Shown: positions 50,018-58,738 of the stretch, in pieces
How positions within the stretch are numbered: position 1 is the stretch's first letter
Layout of the letters: each line of letters opens with the position of its first letter
Source of the DNA: Sedimentisphaerales bacterium
Lineage (GTDB): Bacteria; Planctomycetota; Phycisphaerae; Sedimentisphaerales; SM23-30
Length of the DNA: 64,000 nucleotides
Assembly: GCA_963663805.2 (NCBI GenBank)
Contig: CAXXMR010000012.1
Coordinates: forward strand, 224,001 to 288,000
Direction of reading: 5' to 3'
Made by a program: the position numbers and the translations under genes
The notes under the pieces: model-generated
Seen by the model: only the letters and a program-made list of their open reading frames with translations
What the model was told of the DNA's origin: nothing
The model's database searches: none

Positions 50018-51410
50018 TATTCGACTTATATTTGACCAGGGAACATTGGTGCTTTTTGGTGCCGGCAGGGATGAACTGCCGGGGATGGACCAGCGCTGTC
50101 AGTGGGGCTGGGACGAGCGCGTGGGGGCCTGGCGCTGTGATGCTATTCATTACGCCACTGTGACCGAAGGTTTGCGGCAGCGCTTTGGTTATCTGCTGCA
50201 TAACGAAGTCATTCAGCCCAAAAATGTCTGTTGGCAGGAAATCAATTTGCCGAAACTGAGACCGGAGCAGATCGCGGCACTGGACGGCTGGCACGAAAAA
50301 CACTGTCGCGGGCAAGTCATCATGCCAACCGGAACCGGCAAGACCGAAGTCGCCCTGGCGGCCCTGACTCGGACACATACCGCTACGCTGGTTGTGGCCC
50401 CGGTGCGGGATTTGATGTACCAGTGGCATCGACGGATACTTAAGGCCTTCAATTATGATGCGGGAATCGTCGGCGATAATCTTTATAATCTCAAACCGAT
50501 TACTGTGACAACTTACGACAGCGCCTATATTCACATGCCGAAAATTGGGGCGGGGTTCGGCCTGCTGATTTTTGACGAGGAACATCATCTGCCCGGCAAA
50601 TGTCGTCGGGAAGCAGCTATTTGCAGCACCGCCCCGATGCGACTGGGACTGACCGCTACGCCGGAACGGGCCGATGAACTGCATCTGGACCTTAACTGGC
50701 TGGTTGGTCCGGTCGCTTATGATATGCCCCTGTCCCAAGCCAGAGGAAAAACCCTGGCGGATTTTGACATCGTGCGCATCCCGGTGGCCTTGAGCGATGA
50801 TGAACAGAGAAACTATGACCAGTGCAGTCAACTGATTCAGCAATTCATATACAATCGAAGAATGGACCAGCCGAAATATGACTGGCAGGACCTTTGCCGC
50901 GAGTCCGGCAACGACCCGCAGGCTCGTCAGGCCCAAAAGGCTTATTATATCAAAAAATCTATCGAAGACCGGGCCACGGAAAAACTGCGGGTGCTCGAAG
51001 ATTTATTTCGATTACATGCCGGCCAACCAGTAATAGTATTTACCGGTTCAAACGCGATGGCCATCGATGTGTCACAGCGTTTTCTTGTGCCGACTATTCT
51101 GTCGCACACCAAAAAGCGAGAGCGGCTCGAAGTACTTGAGAAATTCGCTGACGGTCGGCTGCCGGTGCTGGTGGCCAATCGGGTTCTCGATGAAGGCGTT
51201 GATGTCCCCGAAGCAAAAGTCGCGATTGTCATCGGCGGCCAGGCCAATACCCGCCAGGCAAAACAGCGACTAGGAAGAATCCTCAGACGCTCGGCTAACC
51301 AGCGGGCGATATTATATGAAGTAGTGTGCGAGAATACCAAAGAAGTGCAACGATCCCGACAGAGACGCAAAAGCGATGCTTACGAGCGAACACGCCATCG
51401 TAGAATATAA
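50001..51410 (+). CDS. XPB/Rad25-like superfamily 2 helicase
   Basis: WDERV..WR N-terminal motif, LR.EQ, PTGTGKT, TTYDS, DEEHH, LGLTATPER, VLDEGVDVP and QRLGRILR. Confidence 0.88.
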   Translation: MTPNNNIRLIFDQGTLVLFGAGRDELPGMDQRCQWGWDERVGAWRCDAIHYATVTEGLRQRFGYLLHNEVIQPKNVCWQEINLPKLRPEQIAALDGWHEKHCRGQVIMPTGTGKTEVALAALTRTHTATLVVAPVRDLMYQWHRRILKAFNYDAGIVGDNLYNLKPITVTTYDSAYIHMPKIGAGFGLLIFDEEHHLPGKCRREAAICSTAPMRLGLTATPERADELHLDLNWLVGPVAYDMPLSQARGKTLADFDIVRIPVALSDDEQRNYDQCSQLIQQFIYNRRMDQPKYDWQDLCRESGNDPQARQAQKAYYIKKSIEDRATEKLRVLEDLFRLHAGQPVIVFTGSNAMAIDVSQRFLVPTILSHTKKRERLEVLEKFADGRLPVLVANRVLDEGVDVPEAKVAIVIGGQANTRQAKQRLGRILRRSANQRAILYEVVCENTKEVQRSRQRRKSDAYERTRHRRI

Positions 51411-52593
51411 ATCCGGCCAGGCTATTCCTGACCGCCTGACCCGCAATACACATCAGCATTATATTGCCTATGCCGAGCAGATGCTGTGCATTTATCGCGA
51501 GGGTATCGGCAGCCAGCGTCGCTATCTGCATCGGACCGTCAGTAATCTTTTCGCTGAGGAACCGGATTGTCCGTTACGCCGTATCCAGGCTTTTTGTAAA
51601 CTGCTGGACGACAAAAGTGAATATCACACTGACCCGCAGGGCGAGGCTTCACGCCTGCGGCTGAAAGTTTTTAACGAAGCCGCAAAATTACATCCGCTCG
51701 TCCAGCAGCCCGACGCCTTGTTTGAACACGACAACCTCCATGCGAAACTGCAAATCGCTGCCGGCCTAAAACTTTCAGTTGAGCAGATGGAACAACAGCT
51801 TTATGCCGATGTGATTCCCTTTCAACGCCTGAAAAACTTTGAAGGCTATCCCGACGCCGCGGCGGTTCTGTCGCGTTATAATATCGCTCAGTTGCAGGCC
51901 TGTCTTTATCGTGCGGAAAATATGACCGTAATCGCAACTGCGGATTTCAAGACCATTCTGCGCTATGCCAAACTGGCCCGACTATTGCACGAGATACAAG
52001 CTCAAGGGCCGTCAAAATATAAAATAGTTTTTTCCGGGCCCGCCTCGGTATTGCGGGAAACCCGTCGTTACGGTGTTAATTTCGCAAAATTCCTACCGGC
52101 ATTATTGGCCTGTAAAGGCTGGCAAATGACCGCCCGGCTGAAAGCTCCCTGGGGCCAACCGGTAAAACTGCAATTAAGCGACAAGGATAATTTCACCAGC
52201 CATCTACCCGTGCCAGCCGAGTTCGACTCGACCCTGGAGCAAAAGTTTGCCGAAAATTTCGGCGAATCACGCGCCGGCTGGCAGCTAATCCGCGAAGGTG
52301 AAATTCTCCACGAACACCAGACTGCTTTTGTACCAGACTTCGTCTTCCGACACGAAGACGGCACCGAAGTTTTATTCGAAATCGTCGGATTCTGGACCCC
52401 CGAATATCTCGACCACCGCCGAAAAACCCTGGCAAGATTCAGGGAACAACAAATCATGATCGCCCTGCCCAAAGCCTCTCTGAAAGAAGGAGTCACCCCC
52501 AGCGAAAATGTAATTCTCTACAAAACCACCATAAAAGTCGCCACCGTAGTAGAAGCCCTCGAAAAAATCCGAAATCCCAAAAGCACGAAGTGA
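51376..52593 (+). CDS. DUF790 / Bax1-type endonuclease
   Basis: LYAD, RYN.AQ.Q..L, GP.S....T.RYG...A.FLP.L, FDS.LE..F, PDF and EIVGFWTPEYL (PD-(D/E)xK-like). Overlaps the helicase. Confidence 0.88.
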   Translation: MLTSEHAIVEYKSGQAIPDRLTRNTHQHYIAYAEQMLCIYREGIGSQRRYLHRTVSNLFAEEPDCPLRRIQAFCKLLDDKSEYHTDPQGEASRLRLKVFNEAAKLHPLVQQPDALFEHDNLHAKLQIAAGLKLSVEQMEQQLYADVIPFQRLKNFEGYPDAAAVLSRYNIAQLQACLYRAENMTVIATADFKTILRYAKLARLLHEIQAQGPSKYKIVFSGPASVLRETRRYGVNFAKFLPALLACKGWQMTARLKAPWGQPVKLQLSDKDNFTSHLPVPAEFDSTLEQKFAENFGESRAGWQLIREGEILHEHQTAFVPDFVFRHEDGTEVLFEIVGFWTPEYLDHRRKTLARFREQQIMIALPKASLKEGVTPSENVILYKTTIKVATVVEALEKIRNPKSTK

Positions 52594-52624
52594 AAATATT
52601 GGACGTTATAACCTTTACCGGTAC

Positions 52625-52830
52625 CCTATCATCAGCGTCGCCAGAAAACCCAGCAGCAAACACCCCACCACATTAACTAAAGCTAGCATAACTGTGGCGG
52701 CGTTCCTTTTACGCGCCATCATAAAAAATATGGGAATTTTTAGGTCAAAACAGTGGACATTCAGTATAATAGTTAAGATAAGGGCGTTCCAGGGTGGAGC
52801 CTGAATATAGATCGAGTTTCGAAAAGGAGA
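52625..52830 (+). repeat. Duplicated module: crcB internal fragment fused to ~150-bp conserved leader
   Basis: 52625-52679 matches 53707-53762 and 52680-52830 matches about 54066-54216. Confidence 0.9.
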
Positions 52831-52837
52831 CATGGGT

Positions 52838-53347
52838 ATGAAAAGATTAATCTGTTTGTTTGTGTTTCTTTGTGCGTTTCCAGCAAATGCAAGTCTTGAA
52901 ATTAATCTCGAACCAATTTTTATCGATTTGTTAACGCCTGGCAGTACAGGTACATTAAGCGTTATCTGCTCTAATGAAGATGAGGATTTTTCGGTATATC
53001 TGGATATATTACATATTGATGACGGAATCCTTGCTAACCTTTGGGACTCCAGGACAGGAGAGATTGAGTGTAACTTAATGATGATAATTACAGCACCTGT
53101 TGACCCTGACCCAGATTTTGTATTAGGTGAACCAGCGATGGAAATTGCTGCTGGCGATTCGGGATCTTTTCTAGGACCTTACCCAATTACAGACGGGTAT
53201 CGCATAGAGTTTAATCGTGAGCAAGCAATAGGATATGCCCCAAATGGTATAATTGGTTCAGTTGACTTGACCATTGTACCAGAACCCACAGGCTTATTTT
53301 TCCTTGGCATAGGGGCTTTGCTGGTAAGAAGAAAAACTCAGGCATAA
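52838..53347 (+). CDS. PEP-CTERM sorting domain protein
   Basis: Signal peptide MKRLICLFVFLCAFPANA after an AGGAGA SD. C-terminal VPEPTGLFFLGIGALLVRRK. Confidence 0.9.
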   Translation: MKRLICLFVFLCAFPANASLEINLEPIFIDLLTPGSTGTLSVICSNEDEDFSVYLDILHIDDGILANLWDSRTGEIECNLMMIITAPVDPDPDFVLGEPAMEIAAGDSGSFLGPYPITDGYRIEFNREQAIGYAPNGIIGSVDLTIVPEPTGLFFLGIGALLVRRKTQA

Positions 53348-53370
53348 TTAACACAATGAGTAAAACAGCC

Positions 53371-53790
53371 TCATAGCAAATATGAGTTGATGTGATTAAC
53401 TGAACGGGTGGCAACCATACAGGTCGCTGCCCGTTTTTTTGCCGGTATCCGTCTAAAAAAAACGTCATTTCTGTCGCTGGAAAAATCGGCATATTCATTC
53501 TTCAAACCAGTTGAGGCCATTTTAACCCCGACCCAGACCGCCACCAGGCTCAGCACATTATTGGTCAGAATATTCGCTCCCGCCAGCAGAAATTTGCCAT
53601 GCCCCGCCAAGGCCATCGTTTCATACCCAAATGAGCTGAAAGTAGTCACCCCCCCCAGAAAACCAACCGTCAGCATCAGTCGCACCGGCTCAGAAACCTT
53701 CAGCGGCCCTATCATCAGCGTCGCCAGAAAGCCCAGCAGAAAACACCCCACCACATTAACTATCAACGTCCCCCAGGGCAGCGGGGAGTG
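53371..53790 (-). pseudogene. crcB: Fluoride channel CrcB/FluC, 5'-truncated
   Basis: PWGTLIVNVVGCFLLG and GFLGG.TTFSSF..E are present. An upstream in-frame stop removes the first helix (GG..GA..RY), and the C-terminus runs on into unrelated sequence. Confidence 0.75.
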
Positions 53791-53819
53791 CGTAACATCT
53801 ATTTTTTAGTTTTTTTCTC

Positions 53820-53848
53820 TTGCAATAAGAACGAGTCTCTGATAAAGT
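53820..53848 (+). promoter_or_regulatory. Sigma70 promoter with extended -10
   Basis: TTGCAA-N17-TAAAGT with TG at the extended -10 position, upstream of the long hairpin. Confidence 0.55.
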
Positions 53849-53958
53849 ACGGGGGTCATGAGTTAGGGACATCTTTTTTTGGTCAAGGAGTAGTAAGTTT
53901 GGGTAATTTGTACGTAATATGACATGTGGATAGTTGAGATCATTGAGATTTCATTCGC

Positions 53959-54072
53959 TTGGCTCTAAATCGCGAAATTTATACGACAGGCGGCTTGAAA
54001 GGCTCGGTGCCCTTTGGAATAGGGCGCCGTTGCTTTTATTGCCTGTCGGGGCTTTCGCGAGCCTAGAGCTAG
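53959..54072 (+). ncRNA. Candidate structured RNA (long interrupted hairpin), family not recognised
   Basis: Nested helices GCTCTA/TAGAGC, TCGCGAAA/TTTCGCGA, CGACAGGCGG/TTGCCTGTCG and CGGTGCCCT/AGGGCGCCG. The mismatches are G-U on the + strand. Confidence 0.45.
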
Positions 54073-54222
54073 CATAACTGTGGCGGCGTTCCTTTTACGC
54101 GCCATCATAAAAATTATGGAAATTTTTAGGTCAAAGCAGTGGGCATTCAGTACAATAGTTGGGATAAGGGGGCCCCAAGGTAGGGCCTGAATATAAATCA
54201 GGTTTAGGAAAGGAGATTAAAC

Positions 54223-54790
54223 GTGAAATCTAAATTTAATCGTAATGCTGGCCTGTGGTCTTTTATTGTGTTTTGCAGTTTCAACCAAGGCCTCAATTTA
54301 CATTGACGGCCAGTTGTATTCCGGAAATATATTAGAAATAACTGATTCATCGTATAATAATTCATCAATTACAACTACTGGCGACTCAGTTCTTAATATT
54401 TACTATGAAGACGAATTTGTTGGAGATGCATCTTACGGCTTTTATCAGCCTGCCATCCATTTTGATTTAATGGCACAAGATAATTCAGTCGTAAATTTTA
54501 TCTATCCCGAAAATTGTGATTTTACCATATTATGGTGGCATATCAATGGCTCCGACTATAGCACTTTAACTACTTACCCAGGGCTTCAGATTGATAGTAA
54601 TACACGCCCTGCGATTGCGAACCAGTCTGAGTTATTCCGTGATTATGACCCTAGTATTCCTCATGTTTTAACGCCTATTATTGGCGACTTTGAGTTACAG
54701 GATGATGCTTTCATGAATTTTGTGCCAGAACCGGCAACCTTATTATTTTTGTGCTTAGGTAGCTGTGCCTTAATTCGCAAAACTCGTTAA
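54223..54790 (+). CDS. PEP-CTERM sorting domain protein (probable GTG start with one-base frameshift at 54235-54237)
   Basis: C-terminal VPEPATLLFLCLGSCALIRK. SD AGGAGA precedes GTG 54223, and removing one T gives MKSKLIVMLACGLLLCFAVSTKA. The alternative start is ATG 54245. Confidence 0.88.
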
Positions 54791-54834
54791 AAAAACGTTA
54801 TCATTTATTCTCATTTCTGCAGGAGGTCTATATC

Positions 54835-57800
54835 ATGAGAATCGGTCTATCTATATTTTTTGTGCTCTGTTTAATGGTTTCATCTACTAACGCTTTAGTT
54901 TATTATCAACAAGATTGGTCTAATAATGGGGGACATGGTTTGTATCTTGATAATAACAATGCCCCTTTTGATCCAGACGCATTGACTTCATTAGGAAACT
55001 CTGCCCATAATGTAAATATAAGCTCAACTGTCATCTCATCTAACTTTGTTATTTCATGTAAACACTGGACGGTTGGTCGTGGTTGCAGATTAAAAACTAT
55101 AGGAAATGAGAGCCTTTATCAAGGCAGAGATGGTCAGGGGAAAGCCATATACAGCGACATATATGTGATATCTGACTATCGCGATCTCTCCAGTACTGAT
55201 TTCAGGATATATAAAATTAAGCATGCAATCTCACCGGATGACCCAAATTTCCCTGAGCCTAATGAGTACGATTGGCTAAATGACCCAAATGGTTATCTGG
55301 AAAATGCAAATCTATCTTCATATATGCCGTTATACAATCGGGATGACGAACTTGATAAAGAGTCTATAATAGCAGGTTATGGGCCTCAAAGAATATTTGG
55401 TGTTAATGATCTTTATAGCAATTCTCCCTATGATTATGAGATTGGCTCTGGAATTCTCCATTGGGGTTATAATCAGATACACTCAGCAGTAAATGGTGCA
55501 ATTTCTATTCAGTATGATGTTTACGCTAATGCTGGTACAGTGCCGAATGAAGTGGGTGTCGGAGTTTTAGATTCGGGCACCGGAATATATATTTACGATG
55601 ATTTTGGCCGAATCCTACGCACTTTCTGGTACGTTTTGGAATGGCAGTGCTTCTGGGGGAATAACTACCTTTGGTGGGCCAAGAGTAAGTGCCTATATTG
55701 ATCAAATTGCCCAACATGTTAATGCAATGGGAGCAGTTACGTTATCAGATAAAATTCTTGGCGGCCTGAAACCCCAGACGACAATATCAACTCAAATAGA
55801 AAATTCAGCAACAGAACTTAACCCTGTGGACACCAACACAGACGAAGTTACTGTGACCATGACCATAGACAATCTCTCTGAATTTATAAGTGGAGGAGCA
55901 GTATACTTATATCTATTCTTTGATGTGCCGGTGGATTTTAATCGAAACTTTTATCCTCAAGGTTCCGATTTTATGTATAACTCCATTTATGATAAATATA
56001 TTTGCTCAATAGGGCTTGCTCAGATTAACCCCAAATGACCCTGTAATTCGAACCGGCATTTTTAAGATTACTCAGTCTGCCGAACCCATGACAACTTTGG
56101 ATATTACTCCGTCGCTTCTTGTATGCGATTCTTTGAGGTCGCTTCTTGGACTTTATCCTGACTCCATAACCTGCAATATCGCAAACTGGTCTAATCCTGC
56201 TAGCGAACCAGGTACAATTTATGTTGATGCTTTAGCAAGTGAGTCCACAAGCGGCACTAGCTGGGAATATCCTTACCAGACTTTACAGGAAGCATTTGCC
56301 CGCGCTATTAAGACAGGAAGCGGCATAAATCAAATCTGGATGGCGGCAGGAACTTACACATCTGATTCTAATAGCAGTTTCGCAATAGATAAGGACATGG
56401 CTATATACGGCGGCTTTGCCGGTGGCGAAACATCGACCAGCCAAAGATATGATGTTGCCAACAAAACAATCATCACCGTTGCCGATAGCTACAATGATGT
56501 ATTCTGGATGTCTACAAGTGATGCGCCGCGGGATTATATTCTTGACGGCCTGACTATTGTTGGTTCTGCTCAGAACGGTATAAATTTATATCGCTGTGAT
56601 CTTGAATTAAGACATTGTATTATTACAGGAAATGGAACTGCCATAGCTGGTGATAATACAACCATAATCATTGATGACAGTATACTTTCATATAACTGCC
56701 GTGCCATAGATATTTCTTATGGCGGCATAGTTATCGATAAGAGCATATTCTCTTTTAATGATGATACAGCCATAACTCTAAACACCTGTGGTTTCAGTAT
56801 GGCTAATTCCGTGGTGTCAGAAAATGGCCAAGATGGAATGGATATTCAGTATTCCACCAGCACCGAGCTAATCAATTGTGATATAGTGAATAATTATGAT
56901 GATGGCATATATGGGCTAAGCGGAGCAGCTACAGAAAAAGTAGCTAATTGCATCGTATATGGCAATGGTGATGATACCATTCCTACGGGGCAGTTTATTA
57001 TAAACAATGTACAGTCTAATCCTCCGTTCTGGTTCCCCTACACATCCCCGGAAGTATCGGTAAATTACCTGCTTGGGCCAATTGCCACAGGTTGTATTGA
57101 TTCTGGCAACAATTCGGTTGTGGGCTGGTATTCGTATGATCTTTATGGCCGGGACCGTGTGATTAACAATACTGTAGATGTTGGGGCTGTAGAATCTCTG
57201 CCGGTTTCGCCTGCGGACTTCAATGTTGACAGCATAGTAAACTTGCTCGACTTTGCAGCCTTTACCGGTGCCTGGGGCACTTCAGCGGGTGATCCCGACT
57301 ATAATATTCTATATGATATTTATTATGATGGCACTATTGATATTGAAGATATGATTTCTTTTGCGGATCAATGGATGCACGGCATTATAAATACAGGGAC
57401 TGTTACCTCAAAGTTTGTCGTAGATTTTGGCTATAGCTGTCCAGATTTGGGTATGCTGATGTCTACACCATCATCAATGGGAATGATGGATACCGTATCG
57501 GCAGTCGTTCAGATGGATAGCATTACGCCAGAAGAACGCCTGGCTGTTGCTCTGGAAAGATTGGTTATAAATGAATCTACTTTAGCAAAAGAAAAACCTG
57601 ACCTGAAAAGGATTCAGCCCGTCGACAAGTCAGAAATTGTAGAAATTAAATATTCTACACTGGAAACGATCCTGGCAATCGAAGATGTAATCAACACTAT
57701 TGAAGAAATGTATCTTTACGATGAGACCTTCCAAAAAGAAGTTACCGAAGACCAGTACAAAAAAGCGATGCAAATGCTTTATGACTGGCTCGATGAACTC

Positions 57801-57845
57801 TTAACAGAATGGAAAACCGAACTATCTGCCGTAAGTAAAACGTAA
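54835..57845 (+). CDS. Large secreted protein: putative trypsin-like domain, beta-helix, choice-of-anchor-Q-like and dockerin-like repeats (two frameshifts; stop supplied by IS66)
   Basis: Signal peptide; VISCKH, GYG, WG.N and DSGTG; IYVDA..SGTSW....TLQ.A, GGFAG.E; CID.G, DL.G..R...VDVGA.E; DFN.D..VN..DFA.F...W and a second DG.IDI.D...F..QW. Three overlapping ORFs with shifts near 55604 and 56030. Confidence 0.65.
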
Positions 57846-57921
57846 GGTTCCGGCCAAGTGCATCTTGCGGGGTTCTTTGAAAAATTGATAATACGGCTCA
57901 TGATTTAATGGAGAGGCAATC

Positions 57922-58272
57922 ATGGGCAAAGCGCGAAAATCTGATACGGAACAGCGGCAGTTTTGGCGGATGGTGCTGGAGACATTTCAATCCAGTGGGT
58001 TATCCGTTCGTCAGTTTTGTCGGCAGGAAGGTTTATCTGGGCCATCTTTTTATTCCTGGCGCAGGCGTCTGACCCAAGCCCGAAACTCTGATTACGACAG
58101 CAAGTCAGAGGCGCAGCCGGAGGCCTTCATTCGCGTTTCGATGCCCCCGTCCCAGCCCGGTTCTCTGGAGCTTGTTCTGGCGGCTGGCCATACATTGCGG
58201 ATACCTTCAAATATCGACGATGCATTTTTAACCGGCGTTCTTTCCGCGCTAAAACAGGCAAAGCTATGCTAA
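57922..58272 (+). CDS. tnpA: IS66 accessory protein TnpA
   Basis: W......SGLS...FC...G.S...FY.WRRRL HTH motif. Confidence 0.92.
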   Translation: MGKARKSDTEQRQFWRMVLETFQSSGLSVRQFCRQEGLSGPSFYSWRRRLTQARNSDYDSKSEAQPEAFIRVSMPPSQPGSLELVLAAGHTLRIPSNIDDAFLTGVLSALKQAKLC

Positions 58273-58625
58273 CTCTGCCCCCGGCGGTGAAGATTTTCAT
58301 TTACTCTCAGCCGACGGATATGCGTTGCGGTTTTAACAAGCTTTCGATGCTGGCGGAAAACTTCATGCTTCAAGATTCGTTCAGCGGCCATCTGTTTGTG
58401 TTCTTCAATAAACGCGGCGACAAATGTAAGATTCTTTTCTGGGACCGCACCGGATTCGTCGTTTGGTATAAGCGGCTGGAGGAAGGCACGTTTGAAAAAA
58501 TCCCCGGCAAAAATAATCAGGCATCAATCGAAGTTGATATTGCCAAGCTAAGCTGGATACTGGAAGGCATTGATTTATTTCGCAGTCGCCGCCGAAAACG
58601 CTATGAGCGTAAAAGCTCGCTATAG
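58266..58625 (+). CDS. tnpB: IS66 accessory protein TnpB
   Basis: P.DMR.GF..L, LFVF.N.R....KIL.WD..G.....KRLE.G.F. Confidence 0.95.
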   Translation: MLTLPPAVKIFIYSQPTDMRCGFNKLSMLAENFMLQDSFSGHLFVFFNKRGDKCKILFWDRTGFVVWYKRLEEGTFEKIPGKNNQASIEVDIAKLSWILEGIDLFRSRRRKRYERKSSL

Positions 58626-58738
58626 GCTCTTAGAGTTAAGAATATTACATATTTTCTCATTTTTATGCTTGCTTTTTTCATCATTTCGCTTATCATAATC
58701 TCATCGTTAAGGATGACGAAGTTACTAAACGTTACGGA

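Noticed and set aside
52615..52833. 72-aa ORF as a second crcB gene
   Set aside because: Only about 18 codons derive from crcB; the rest is the antisense of the duplicated leader.
53959..54072. Integron attC site or fluoride riboswitch
   Set aside because: The ends lack the RYYYAAC/GTTRRRY cores and no integrase is present. The fold and strand do not fit the small crcB-leader riboswitch.
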